A DNA stretch of 64,000 bases, taken from contig CAKOSH010000001.1 of NCBI GenBank assembly GCA_934102215.1, positions 78,777-142,776 of the forward strand. The letters are read 5' to 3'. Shown here piece after piece: positions 38,499 to 48,929 of the stretch. Below the pieces are notes generated by a model. The model was not told the DNA's origin. It was given only the letters and a program-made list of their open reading frames with translations, and searched no databases. Made by a program: the position numbers and the translations under genes. Every line of letters begins with the position of its first letter. Position 1 is the first letter of the stretch. This DNA is from an uncultured Bacilli bacterium. Its GTDB lineage: Bacteria; Bacillota_I; Bacilli_A; RF39; UBA660.

Positions 38499-40301
38499 TT
38501 ATCTATTACTTCTATATCTTTCTTTTTCATCAAGTATTTTCTTACGAAGTCTAATCGCATCAGGAGTTACTTCAACAAGTTCATCACTTTCAATAAATTC
38601 AAGCGCTTCTTCTAAAGTATAAGTTTTAGCTCTTGGTAATGTTATTGCTTCATCACTACCAGATGATCTTGTATTTGAAAATTCTTTATTTTTACATGGA
38701 TTAACATTTAAATCGTTTTCTCTATTATGGATACCAATTATCATACCAGCATATACATCAGTTGCTGGTTCTATTAACATAGTACCTCTATCAAGTAAGT
38801 TATAAAGAGCATATCCAAATGCTTTACCACTTTCCATAGATACAAGAACTCCGTTTTTTCTTCTAGCTATTTCACCAGCATATGGTTTATATGAATCAAA
38901 GCTTCTTACCATGATTCCTTCACCCTTAGTATTAGTTATGAAATTACTTCTATAACCAATTAATCCTCTTGTTGGAACTAAAAATTCAAGTCTAACATAA
39001 TTATCTTCAGCAGGTTCCATTATTTCCATGTTACCTTTTCTTTCACTTAAATCACTTATTATAGTTCCAGAATAATCATTAGGTACATTTATAACAACTC
39101 TTTCATAAGGCTCACACTTAACACCATCTATTTCATGGAATATAACTTCTGGTTTAGATACACTAAGTTCATATCCTTCTCTTCTCATATTTTCAATTAA
39201 TATTGATAAGTGAAGTTCTCCACGACCTGATACTTTAAATCCATCATTAGAAGGTAATTCTTCAACCTCAAGTCCAACATTACGTTCAAGTTCAGCATTT
39301 AATCTATCTCTTAAATGTCTTGATGTTACGAATTTACCAACCCTTCCAGCAAATGGACTACTATTAACCAAGAAATTCATTGATAGTGTTGGCTTTTCTA
39401 TTTCAATTTTAGGTAGTGGATCAATATGATTAACATCACAAATTGTATCTCCGATTGATATTTCAGGGCATCCAGCTACTGTAACTATATCACCATAATA
39501 TGCTTCAGTTACTTCTTTTCTCTTGATTCCTTCATTAACAAACATCTTAGTAATTCTTTCTTTTGTTAGAGTACCATCATTTTTAGATATAGCAACTGTT
39601 TCACCAACTTTAATTTTACCCTTATTAATTCTACCAATTCCAAGTCTTCCAATATAATCATCATAATCAAGTGATGAAATTTGAAATTGAAGTGGATCAT
39701 CAGCATTTCCTTCAAAAGGTTTAGTTGTTTCTATAATAGTATCTAAAAGTGGTGTAATATCTTTATTATCATCATTTTCTTCATACTTAGCAATACCATC
39801 TTTAGCAATACCATATATAATCTTAAAATCTAATTGTTCATTAGTTGCTCCTAATTCACAGAATAAATCAAATGTCATATTAACAACTTCTTCAGCTCTA
39901 GCATCTTTCTTATCTATTTTATTAATAAATAATATTGGTTTAAGTCCATTTTGTAATGCTTCTTTTAATACAAATCTTGTTTGAGGCATTGGCCCTTCAG
40001 CTGAATCAACAAGTAATACTACTGTATCTACTGTTTTAATAATTCTTTCTATTTCACTAGAAAAATCAGCATGACCTGGAGTATCAACTATATTCATTTT
40101 ATAGCCTTTATATCTTATAGAACAGTTTTTAGCAGTTATAGTAATACCTCTTTCACGTTCTAAATCTCCACTATCCATTACACAATCAACAACTTGTTCA
40201 TTGTCTCTAAATACACCGTTTTGCTTAAGTAATGCATCTACTAAAGTACTCTTTCCTGCATCAACATGAGCAACAACAGCAAAATTAATAATTTTATCCA
40301 T
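38499..40301 (-). CDS. typA: translational GTPase TypA/BipA
   Basis: MDKIINFAVVAHVDAGKSTLVDALL…DSGDLERERGITI… G domain and EF-G-like domains; start at internal ATG with GGGGA RBS. Confidence 0.9.
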   Translation of the reverse strand: MDKIINFAVVAHVDAGKSTLVDALLKQNGVFRDNEQVVDCVMDSGDLERERGITITAKNCSIRYKGYKMNIVDTPGHADFSSEIERIIKTVDTVVLLVDSAEGPMPQTRFVLKEALQNGLKPILFINKIDKKDARAEEVVNMTFDLFCELGATNEQLDFKIIYGIAKDGIAKYEENDDNKDITPLLDTIIETTKPFEGNADDPLQFQISSLDYDDYIGRLGIGRINKGKIKVGETVAISKNDGTLTKERITKMFVNEGIKRKEVTEAYYGDIVTVAGCPEISIGDTICDVNHIDPLPKIEIEKPTLSMNFLVNSSPFAGRVGKFVTSRHLRDRLNAELERNVGLEVEELPSNDGFKVSGRGELHLSILIENMRREGYELSVSKPEVIFHEIDGVKCEPYERVVINVPNDYSGTIISDLSERKGNMEIMEPAEDNYVRLEFLVPTRGLIGYRSNFITNTKGEGIMVRSFDSYKPYAGEIARRKNGVLVSMESGKAFGYALYNLLDRGTMLIEPATDVYAGMIIGIHNRENDLNVNPCKNKEFSNTRSSGSDEAITLPRAKTYTLEEALEFIESDELVEVTPDAIRLRKKILDEKERYRSNR

Positions 40302-40461
40302 AATAACATCCCCTTTTGGCACCTATAAATAATACACTATTTTCACAATATTTTCAAGGAATTTTTGAATTTTTTTCAATTATCACTGACAATAATAATT
40401 TATCATTCAAAGTAAATGGTTAAAAAAATCAATTAATGGCAAAATATTACTAGGAGATAAT

Positions 40462-40722
40462 ATGGAAAATTCACATATATTTAAAGACGAAAAAGAAATA
40501 TATTCAATAATAGGTAAAAACGTTAGATACTATAGAAAATTATATAGTTTAACTAAAAAAGAGATGACTCAAGAAGCACTCGCAGAATATGCTAATGTAT
40601 CCACATCTCTAATTGGAAACCTCGAAAGCAAAAAGACTACTCAAGGTTTAAGTATATACAATTTATATAAAATAAGTAGAATATTAAATGTACCAATCGA
40701 AAATTTTTTTATTGACAGGTAA
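40462..40722 (+). CDS. XRE-family HTH transcriptional regulator (paralog 1)
   Basis: HTH_XRE: SLTKKEMTQEALAEYANVSTSLIGNLE; C-terminal SIYNLYKISRILNVPIENFF shared with the other two. Confidence 0.75.
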   Translation: MENSHIFKDEKEIYSIIGKNVRYYRKLYSLTKKEMTQEALAEYANVSTSLIGNLESKKTTQGLSIYNLYKISRILNVPIENFFIDR

Positions 40723-40975
40723 TTTTTTCAAAGAATTTGTCTATAGAAGTACCAAGTACAATTGATATTTTATAAAGTGATAATAGTGATAATCCTTCAC
40801 TACCACGAGTACTTTCAAATTTTCTTATAAATTCAGGAGACACACCAATATCCACAGCTAATTGTTCCTGAGTTATACCATTAATTTTTCTATATTTGAT
40901 TACATTATAAGCAATCGTTTCAATAATATTATCATCAAAATCAAAGTTTCTTTTAAATTTAGTCATATACTTCAC
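40709..40975 (-). CDS. XRE-family HTH transcriptional regulator (paralog 2)
   Basis: GITQEQLAVDIGVSPEFIRKFE … SLLSLYKISIVLGTSIDKFF. Confidence 0.75.
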   Translation of the reverse strand: MKYMTKFKRNFDFDDNIIETIAYNVIKYRKINGITQEQLAVDIGVSPEFIRKFESTRGSEGLSLLSLYKISIVLGTSIDKFFEKITCQ

Positions 40976-41068
40976 CTAAATACATTTTATATTATTTATT
41001 AAATAAATTATGTAATGTTATACTATACAAATAATATTTATTATTTTATAATAATATTAGGTGAAAAA

Positions 41069-41311
41069 ATGAATCAAGATAAATTAAATGATATAATTGG
41101 TAAAAATATCAAAAAATATAGACTTGAATATAAAGGTGAAAAAATCACTCAAGAAAAACTAGCTGAATTAATAAATGTATCAGTATCACTTATAAGTAGT
41201 TTAGAAAGTAACAAAACAAAGAAAGGAATAAGTATTAATAATTTATATAAAATATCAATAGTATTAAACGTACCAATTGATAAGTTTTTTGAGGAAAATG
41301 ATGAAAGATAA
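41069..41311 (+). CDS. XRE-family HTH transcriptional regulator (paralog 3)
   Basis: Start MNQDKLNDIIG with RBS AGGTGAAAAA; KITQEKLAELINVSVSLISSLE … SINNLYKISIVLNVPIDKFF. Confidence 0.75.
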   Translation: MNQDKLNDIIGKNIKKYRLEYKGEKITQEKLAELINVSVSLISSLESNKTKKGISINNLYKISIVLNVPIDKFFEENDER

Positions 41312-41837
41312 AATAAATAAAATATTATTAAACGAATATATTATAAATAGTTCAGATTTATTAGAAATAACTAATAGTAATGAATTTATAGACATGATAA
41401 AAGACATTAATATTGATAAAGAAATAGTAGTAAAAAGTAAGCTCATTCATAAAAATAATATTTCTTTATTAGAATCAATATTATTTGGTATAGATAATTA
41501 TATATCATTCTTAAAAAATATATTCAATATTAATCAATTAGAAATAAGATACATCTTAACACTTACAATATTTAATAATAATTATTTATTTAGTGATAAA
41601 TATTACTATGACAATATGAACTATTTTAATAATATTTATAAAGATATCATAATGAATAAATATATTAAAAATGTTAAGTTTCTATCTAAATATAAGAATA
41701 TTAATATTTATACTTATGAACAACTTATTAACAAAATAAATCAAAATAAAAATAGAGCATACGTTTATTTTGAAGATATAAATCAAAAAAATGCTCTATA
41801 TTATTTAAATATTTATGAATATAATGATTCTATTTAG
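41299..41837 (+). CDS. hypothetical Asn/Tyr/Ile-rich protein translationally coupled to XRE paralog 3
   Basis: ATG at 41299 with RBS GAGGAAA overlaps the last 13 nt of the XRE gene; no motif I recognise. Confidence 0.4.
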
Positions 41838-42903
41838 TGAATATATCATTAGCTGCTTTATAGCAGAAAGTTACTCTATTAGTACCTTTCTTTTTTTCTT
41901 TAATTAAATAGCCTTTTTCAACAAGTTTATTAAGTACTTTATTAACAGAGTTTATATGTAAATTACAATCATTAACTATATCAGCAGTAGTAAATACTAT
42001 TCTTCTAAGTATTTCAGGATAAACTTTATATATAGTTGAACCACCTATTTCAGTTTTAAATTCCTCTAAATCATGTTTATACAATTTATTTAATTTTTTA
42101 ATTTTCTTTATATTTAGTGTACATTGTTCAATAATACATTGAAGAATAAATTTAACAAAATGTAATATATCATCTTCTTCATTACTAAGCATTGTAAAAT
42201 ACGTATTTCTTAAATTATCTATACTTTCACTTATAAATAGTATTGGAGGTTCGTTCTTATAATAAGAATATTGCATTGGTATTAAAACACGTCCCATCTT
42301 TCCGTTATTAGATACATAAGGATGTATTTTCTCAAATTGATAATGTGTTATAGCAGTACTTATGAATGCTTCATCTACTTTTGAATTAATATATTCACAT
42401 AAATTTTTCATGAGTGAATTAAGTTCAGTATGAACAGGTGGTACAAAAGAAACACTAGAACCAGCAATACCTGGCTTTAGTAAATATGTTTGAGTCTTTC
42501 TTAAATGTCCACTTCCTTTAGTAGAATTATCTTTCTTAAGACCATTTAATAATGTTTTATTAATTTTATTAAATGTTTCTAATGAAAATCCAATTTTATT
42601 GCTAGAAGTAAGTCCAACTAACAAACTTTTCTTAATATTATTATATAAAATAGATGTATTACTTTTACTCATATAAGTCATATAAAACATATTATCTTTT
42701 TCAATTTTAGCATTATCAATTTTAAATGAATAAAATATATCATTAATAAAAGCATTTTCTAAAAAACACTTGTAATCATAAGACATATTCTTTAAATATC
42801 CTTTATATTCTCCATATGCTTCTTTAGCTTCACATAATAAATTTAATATTTCATTTGTAATTTCAAATTCAAATGGTAATTTTTTTGCTTTATAAGGTTC
42901 CAT
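41830..42903 (-). CDS. Fic/DOC family protein with degenerate active-site motif and C-terminal winged-helix
   Basis: Fic-like core …ITHYQFEKIHPYVSNNGKMGRVLIPMQ (compare HPFx[D/E]GNGRxxR: the acidic residue is Ser, the first Gly is Asn, the Arg is Lys); C-terminal wHTH-like ILRRIVFTTADIVNDCNLHINSVNKVLNKLVEKGYLIKE; RBS GGGAGG. Confidence 0.65.
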   Translation of the reverse strand: MEPYKAKKLPFEFEITNEILNLLCEAKEAYGEYKGYLKNMSYDYKCFLENAFINDIFYSFKIDNAKIEKDNMFYMTYMSKSNTSILYNNIKKSLLVGLTSSNKIGFSLETFNKINKTLLNGLKKDNSTKGSGHLRKTQTYLLKPGIAGSSVSFVPPVHTELNSLMKNLCEYINSKVDEAFISTAITHYQFEKIHPYVSNNGKMGRVLIPMQYSYYKNEPPILFISESIDNLRNTYFTMLSNEEDDILHFVKFILQCIIEQCTLNIKKIKKLNKLYKHDLEEFKTEIGGSTIYKVYPEILRRIVFTTADIVNDCNLHINSVNKVLNKLVEKGYLIKEKKKGTNRVTFCYKAANDIFTK

Positions 42904-42978
42904 AAGTATATCCTCCCATTAAAATTTTATCACAAATACAAATAAAAATATACATATTATTTAAAAAATATGTACATT

Positions 42979-43350
42979 TTAATATACTTTAGGAAAAGAC
43001 ATTAATCCCTCAGTTTTACCTTCTCTCCAATAGATCTTATCATCCTTTACTTCGAATGTATAAATAACTTTATATTTATAATCACTATCACTTTTTTGAT
43101 AATAAAACACTAATTCAGATTCTCCATCATTATTACTCTCAAATACAAACTTTGAATTATCACTACTTACTTCTTTTAAATTATCATTATTTATTTCATA
43201 AGTCCATTCATCATTAGCATCTAAATCATTATAGTCAATTGTTACTTTATTATTAAATACACTTAATAATTTTTCATCTACTTTAGGTTCATAAAACATA
43301 ATACCAACAAGACCTACAACAGTAAAAATTAAAATTAATATATATCTCAC
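42979..43350 (-). CDS. hypothetical exported/lipo-like protein (123 aa)
   Basis: N-terminal signal/TM MRYILILIFTVVGLVGIMF; no motif I recognise. Confidence 0.35.
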   Translation of the reverse strand: MRYILILIFTVVGLVGIMFYEPKVDEKLLSVFNNKVTIDYNDLDANDEWTYEINNDNLKEVSSDNSKFVFESNNDGESELVFYYQKSDSDYKYKVIYTFEVKDDKIYWREGKTEGLMSFPKVY

Positions 43351-43861
43351 TTAACACTCCTTATATACAAAAAGCAATCAGTCCTGATAAAACTTGATTG
43401 CTTCGAGTTTCGAAAAAACTAATTATGAATCATTTAATTTATAATAATAATTATAAATTAAATACTTCTAAATATTATCAGTATTTAGCATAATTACTTA
43501 TCATTTTGAGTTTTTCTTTCTCAACGATATACCATTTGTCCTTAGTAGATAAGTATTCTATTTCTTAAATTAATAAGACTATTTATTATTTATATATATA
43601 AGTACAATTATTTTATAAATAAGATAGATACATAAATATATAATAAATTAATATTACATATAAACATATAATTGAAATATAAATATAACTACCCAATATA
43701 AATAATGAAATAAATATAGAACTTTTTCACTAAAATAATTTAGATTACATTATATTAGATAACACATAAATAATTAAATTTACATATCGCTAATATTATA
43801 TATAATCAATTATCTATTGGACAATATTATTATATGAAAGTTGTTTCAAAAAGTCAATAAG

Positions 43862-43894
43862 TTTTTTAAAAAAATTGCAAAAAATTTGCAATTT
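43862..43894 (-). terminator. Rho-independent terminator of the hydrogenase gene
   Basis: 9-bp inverted repeat AAATTGCAA-(5)-TTGCAATTT immediately after the stop, followed on the minus strand by a T-run (TTTTTTTAAAAAAC). Confidence 0.45.
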
Positions 43895-45400
43895 TTATTT
43901 ATCATGTAATAAATTACTTTTATCGCTATATGAAGTATGAAGTAATTTAAAGCTTTTTTCGCTTAATGGTTTCTTTAAGAATTCTTTATATAATTCTTTT
44001 AATTCTTTATTATCATGAGCAAATCTCACTGCTCTATTTCCATCAATTGATTGAATTCCTTTAGTTCTTTCTTCTCTTATTTTATCTAATTTAGGTATTG
44101 CACATAATGGTTGTCCTCCTCCACCTATGCATCCACCCTTACAATTCATAACTTCAATAAAGTGAAATTTTTTATAATAATCATTTTCAAGTAATTTTTC
44201 TAAATTTTCCATTTGTTGAACAACTGCGACTCTTAGTTTATATTTATCAATCATAACAGTTGCTTCTTTTATGCCTTCAAATCCACGAAGTTCATCAAAA
44301 ACAAGTTCATCTTTTTTCATATTATGTTTAGTCATTATTCTATATAATGTTCTAATTGCTGATTCACATACTCCACCAGAATTTCCAAAAAGCACACCAC
44401 TTCCACTACTTTCTCCAAGCATTCTATCATATGGTGTATCACCAAGACTAGCAAAATTTATATCTTCTTCTTTTAACATAATTCCAAGTTCACTTGCTGT
44501 AACAACATAATCAATATTTGGAGTATATTCACGTGCTTCCATTTTCTTAGAAGTACAAGGAGTTATCGCAACAGTAACTACCTTTGAGGGATCTATTCCT
44601 CTTTGCTCGCAAAAATATGTTTTAATTATAGCACACTGCATACCTATTGGACTTTTACATGTTGATAAATTGTTTAGAAGTTCCGGATGATATATTTCAG
44701 CATACTTTACCCAAGCAGGACAACAACTAGTAAATTGAGGAAGTGGTCCTTTGTTAGTAAGTCTTGCTGCAAATTCAGCAACCTCTTCTAATATTGTTAA
44801 ATCAGCACCAAAAGCTGTATCAAATACATAATCAAATCCACTTTTTTTAAGTGCTGTTACAAGTTTTCCTTCAGTATTAACACCAGCTTCCATATTAAAG
44901 CACTCACCAATAGAAACTCTTACTGCAGGAGCCACTATTCCAACAACTATCTTTTCATTAGAATTAATTATATCTTTAACATCTCTAAATGAATATTTTG
45001 GAATCATTGCTCCAGTAGGACAATTCAATATACATTGTCCACACCCTATACAAATAGGTTCTTTACACACATTTAAATCATATCTTATATTAACTATATT
45101 TTCACATGTTTTTTTACATTGTCCACAGTTAATACATTTTTCAGGTATTCTACCTATCGCATGATTATTAGGACTTATTCTAACTCTTTTATCTTCTTCT
45201 TTATCATTAATAATTTTATCTCTTTTAACTTCTAATGCCTCACTAACAACTGAATCAATAATCGCATCAAGCGCATTAGAACTTATTGTTTCATCTCTTT
45301 CTTCAAACTCCCTGGCACCACACATAGGGCAAACATAATCATTAGATATACTTTCAACATCTACTAGATATCCACACATTTTACATATATATTTTCCCAT
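43895..45400 (-). CDS. [FeFe]-hydrogenase catalytic subunit with N-terminal rubredoxin-like domain and two [4Fe-4S] ferredoxin motifs
   Basis: H-cluster motifs TSCCPAW (L1), PCTSKK (L2), EVMNCKGGCIGGGGQP (L3); 2×CxxCxxCxxxCP (CINCGQCKKTCE; CIGCGQCILNCPTG); N-terminal CKMCGY…CPMCG rubredoxin-type Cys pairs. Confidence 0.85.
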   Translation of the reverse strand: MGKYICKMCGYLVDVESISNDYVCPMCGAREFEERDETISSNALDAIIDSVVSEALEVKRDKIINDKEEDKRVRISPNNHAIGRIPEKCINCGQCKKTCENIVNIRYDLNVCKEPICIGCGQCILNCPTGAMIPKYSFRDVKDIINSNEKIVVGIVAPAVRVSIGECFNMEAGVNTEGKLVTALKKSGFDYVFDTAFGADLTILEEVAEFAARLTNKGPLPQFTSCCPAWVKYAEIYHPELLNNLSTCKSPIGMQCAIIKTYFCEQRGIDPSKVVTVAITPCTSKKMEAREYTPNIDYVVTASELGIMLKEEDINFASLGDTPYDRMLGESSGSGVLFGNSGGVCESAIRTLYRIMTKHNMKKDELVFDELRGFEGIKEATVMIDKYKLRVAVVQQMENLEKLLENDYYKKFHFIEVMNCKGGCIGGGGQPLCAIPKLDKIREERTKGIQSIDGNRAVRFAHDNKELKELYKEFLKKPLSEKSFKLLHTSYSDKSNLLHDK

Positions 45401-45424
45401 ATAACCTCCTTTTTAATAAATTAA

Positions 45425-46831
45425 TTATAGCACACTTTTAGATTTATTTGTTTTATTAATTTCAAAGTAAAAAGTAGTACCTTTATTAACCTTACTATCA
45501 ACACCATATTTATAATTATGACTATCAAGTATAGTTTTTACTATAGAAAGACCAAGACCAGTTCCATATGCATTTCTCTTATGTTTCTTTTCGTTATGAT
45601 AGTACTTATTCCATATATATTTAATATCTTCTTTTTTTATTCCTTTTCCAGTATCTCTTATCTTAACAGTAACTTTCTTTTTATCATTAACAAGCTCAAT
45701 ATAAACTTTCTTATCATCACCAGTATAATTTATCGCATTATTAATTAGATTGTATACAACCTGTTCAATTCTCTTTTTATCTCCCATTACCATTATTGAT
45801 TCTTCATTTTCATATATAAATTCATATCCCTCAGAATCAATAAGTATATAATATCTCTTTATTACATCTCTAATAAGTTTATCTAAATCAAATTCCTCTA
45901 TTTTAAGTTCATAAGTATTAGCCTGCAATTTAGATAAATCTAATATATCACTAACAAGTACATTTAATCTATCAGTTTCTTCTATAATTATATTTAAGTT
46001 TTCATTTCTCTTTTGAACTGACATATTTTCAAAATCTTTAATCATTTCAGCATATGCTTTTATCATAGTAAGAGGTGTTTTTAAATCATGTCCTACATTT
46101 GCAAGTAAATCTCTTCTTAATTCATCTGTTTTAGATAATTCGTTTTTAGCAAGTTCTAGGGTTGAAGCAAGTTCTGCTATTTCATCTATCTTACTATCAG
46201 TTGAGAATTTCACATTAAAGTTTCCATCAGCAAGCTTACGTGCTTCTTTACTTATATCAACAATAGGTTTTGAAATTAATCTTGATATAAAGTAACCTAT
46301 TATTAATGATACTGATAATATTATTAAAGATATGTATAAAAATTGACTTTTCAATAGTCTTATTGAAGCATCAAGTGGTTGAATAGATGAGTTTAAAAAA
46401 ATGTACACACTATCATTATATTTAAGTGCTTTAACAAGTGTTTTGTTGTTAAATCTTTTATTATTGAATATAGCAGTAGATTCAGTTTTACCACTTTCTA
46501 CAAAAGATTTAACATAATCAGTACCGGTTTTTGAGTCACCAATTAAACAACCTTGATTATACATGTTAGAAACTATATCAATTTTACCATCATTATAAAC
46601 TGAAATACATATTCCATATTCATAAGCAATATCTTCAAGTTTATAGACATCTAAATCTTTAGTAGTTTTTAAATTACTAACCACATCACTTAATTGATTA
46701 GTTTTATATATTTCATAAAAATAATTTAAAAGAAGTATCTGCATAAAAAAAAGGAACAGCAAAATAAAGCATGAGAATCCCATAAGAAATGCCCATACGA
46801 TATGCCTAATTTTACTATTCTTTAATTTCAA
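45425..46831 (-). CDS. sensor histidine kinase (HAMP–HisKA–HATPase_c)
   Basis: Two TM helices flanking an extracellular domain, HAMP, H-box VGHDLKTPLT, G-boxes (GTGLGLSIV). Confidence 0.85.
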   Translation of the reverse strand: MKLKNSKIRHIVWAFLMGFSCFILLFLFFMQILLLNYFYEIYKTNQLSDVVSNLKTTKDLDVYKLEDIAYEYGICISVYNDGKIDIVSNMYNQGCLIGDSKTGTDYVKSFVESGKTESTAIFNNKRFNNKTLVKALKYNDSVYIFLNSSIQPLDASIRLLKSQFLYISLIILSVSLIIGYFISRLISKPIVDISKEARKLADGNFNVKFSTDSKIDEIAELASTLELAKNELSKTDELRRDLLANVGHDLKTPLTMIKAYAEMIKDFENMSVQKRNENLNIIIEETDRLNVLVSDILDLSKLQANTYELKIEEFDLDKLIRDVIKRYYILIDSEGYEFIYENEESIMVMGDKKRIEQVVYNLINNAINYTGDDKKVYIELVNDKKKVTVKIRDTGKGIKKEDIKYIWNKYYHNEKKHKRNAYGTGLGLSIVKTILDSHNYKYGVDSKVNKGTTFYFEINKTNKSKSVL

Positions 46832-47480
46832 ATTTATACCCCATTCCTCTAACAGTAGTTATTAAATCTCTATATTCTTTTAAATTATTTCTTAACATTT
46901 TAATATGTGTATCTATTGTTCTATCATTACCTAAATAATCATAATTCCATACATTATTCAAAAGTTGTTCTCTTGATAATGCAATACCTTTATTATTTAT
47001 GAAATATACAAGTAAATCATATTCTTTAGGCGTAAGCATAAGTTCTTTATCTTTAATATATACTGCATGTCCTAAATAATCGACTTTTAAATCTTTATAA
47101 ACAAATGTATTTTCTTCACCTTTATATCTTTTTAATATAGCATTTATTCTTGCCATAAGTTCTTTAGGACTAAAAGGTTTAGTCATATAATCATCTATTC
47201 CAAGATCAAATCCAGCAAGTATATCATATTCTTCACTTCTTGCTGATAACATTATAGTTGGAGTATTATATCTTTTTTTTATTTCTTTATATGCTGTAAA
47301 TCCATCCATCTTTGGCATCATTATATCCATAATTATAAAGTCAGCATCTCCTGCTTTCTCTAAAGCTTCTACTCCATTTTCAGCTTCCATTACATCATAT
47401 TTATTTTCAAAACAATATTCTTTAATAACATCTCTTATTAATTTTTCATCATCTACTATTAATACTTTCACATATACCAC
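46815..47480 (-). CDS. OmpR-family response regulator
   Basis: REC domain (VLIVDDE…MDIMMPKMDG) plus winged-helix trans_reg_C (…VRGMGYKF); overlaps the kinase gene start. Confidence 0.85.
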   Translation of the reverse strand: MVYVKVLIVDDEKLIRDVIKEYCFENKYDVMEAENGVEALEKAGDADFIIMDIMMPKMDGFTAYKEIKKRYNTPTIMLSARSEEYDILAGFDLGIDDYMTKPFSPKELMARINAILKRYKGEENTFVYKDLKVDYLGHAVYIKDKELMLTPKEYDLLVYFINNKGIALSREQLLNNVWNYDYLGNDRTIDTHIKMLRNNLKEYRDLITTVRGMGYKFEIKE

Positions 47481-47546
47481 CTCATATAAGAATATAATAT
47501 CACATTGTGAAATAATAGTGAAAAAAATATGTATTATATATAAAAA

Positions 47547-48350
47547 TTAATAATACATACTACAATCAAATCCATTACACTTAATTTTATATTTATCAAT
47601 TACCTTTTTATTCTTGATAACATAAACAGATGGATATACATCATTAAATTCTTCACCAAGCACTTTTAAGTTTTTATAATCATTTTTATTTAAAGATGAA
47701 GAATCTATATAATAAACATTACTATCAAAATTAATCCATTTTTCAATTATATCAAGTCCTAAAGTACACTCTATACTAGTACATAAATCACCAATAAATA
47801 TAACTTTAGAATATTCATCGCTATTATATATTTCATTTATTTTATTACTTTTAACCTTAATTAAATCAAGGACACTTTCCTTAGATTTCTTATATTCACT
47901 AACACTCATATTAAATATATTATAAAATTCATGATTTAAGCTATCTAATGTTGATGAATAAAAATAATTATCTTGTTTATCAACGTTAAAAACTATATAA
48001 TCATCTTTTATTTCTTTAATAATTAACTTTTTATTACAATTTAACTTTAATTCTTTATTTTTAGAATCATAATTATATCTTGAACATTTATCATATGGAT
48101 TACTTTCGTTAGTATTAGTTGGTATCACATATGAAAATGTATCTTTATTTATATTAATAACATCATAATAACCTGTCTTATAATTATATTTATACCAATT
48201 CTTATTAAAAATATTGTCATTTAAAGACTTATCATTAAATATATATAATAATGATATTGATATTAATACAATAATTAGTCCTGCATATATTATTACCTTA
48301 TTATTTTTCATACAATAATAATAGCAAAAAACAAGTAATTTTTCAATCAC
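47547..48350 (-). CDS. hypothetical exported protein (N-terminal TM)
   Basis: ORF; TM VIIYAGLIIVLISISLLYIF; 4-nt overlap with the upstream small gene; start uncertain (48350 or 48309). Confidence 0.35.
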   Translation of the reverse strand: MIEKLLVFCYYYCMKNNKVIIYAGLIIVLISISLLYIFNDKSLNDNIFNKNWYKYNYKTGYYDVININKDTFSYVIPTNTNESNPYDKCSRYNYDSKNKELKLNCNKKLIIKEIKDDYIVFNVDKQDNYFYSSTLDSLNHEFYNIFNMSVSEYKKSKESVLDLIKVKSNKINEIYNSDEYSKVIFIGDLCTSIECTLGLDIIEKWINFDSNVYYIDSSSLNKNDYKNLKVLGEEFNDVYPSVYVIKNKKVIDKYKIKCNGFDCSMYY

Positions 48351-48622
48351 TTGTTAGTATTCGCATAATAATTAAATTCACTTATCTCTCTTGATATACT
48401 ATCTAAGTCATCAGCATCACTTTCATCTTCAAGTACTTCATCTATCATAAATATTAATTCATTTATAGAAGAACATTCATATGGATTAATATTATATCTT
48501 TGTAATACTTCACATTGATATTGTGATAAGAATATACCTTTTTTGATTTCTTTATGCATATATTTTTGATCAAATAAATCTTCTATGTTTATATTTTTTC
48601 CATCTATATTCATTTTTTTCAC
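48347..48622 (-). CDS. small acidic hypothetical protein (91 aa)
   Basis: ORF translationally coupled (ATGA overlap) to the downstream gene; acidic C-terminus (LEDESDADDLDSISREISE). Confidence 0.35.
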   Translation of the reverse strand: MKKMNIDGKNINIEDLFDQKYMHKEIKKGIFLSQYQCEVLQRYNINPYECSSINELIFMIDEVLEDESDADDLDSISREISEFNYYANTNK

Positions 48623-48639
48623 CTAGAAAAAAATCACTA

Positions 48640-48840
48640 TTAATCAGTGATTCCATATTTATCTTTGAATTTTTGTACATTTCCAGTCTTAACAGTTTTA
48701 AACTTTCCTGTATAGAATGAATGGCATTTATTACATGATTCTAATTGAATTTCATCTTTAGTTGATTTAACTTCAAATTCATTTCCACATGCACATTTAA
48801 CTTTACATACCTTTTGTACTGGATGTATTCCCTTTTTCAT
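48640..48840 (-). CDS. rpmE: 50S ribosomal protein L31 (zinc-binding type)
   Basis: MKKGIHPVQKVCKVKCACGNEFEVKST…CNKCHSFYTGK; start at MKKGIHP with GAGGAGG RBS. Confidence 0.9.
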   Translation of the reverse strand: MKKGIHPVQKVCKVKCACGNEFEVKSTKDEIQLESCNKCHSFYTGKFKTVKTGNVQKFKDKYGITD

Positions 48841-48929
48841 ATCTATCCTCCTCGCCATAACTAATAAACAGTTATAGAAATAACTTCATGTTGTATTATA
48901 CATAAGTTTAGTACTAAAATCAAGCATTA

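Noticed and set aside
40290-40310. TTATCCATA resembling a DnaA box
   Set aside because: Single occurrence, one mismatch, and it is simply the typA start codon context (…TTATCCAT = ATGGATAA).
43380-43860. ~480-nt extremely AT-rich intergenic tract with ATAAAT/ATATAA reiterations; considered as a CRISPR array, replication origin or DnaA-box cluster
   Set aside because: No regular repeat–spacer periodicity and no TTATCCACA-type boxes. Best explained as a low-complexity promoter or UTR region for the 123-aa gene.
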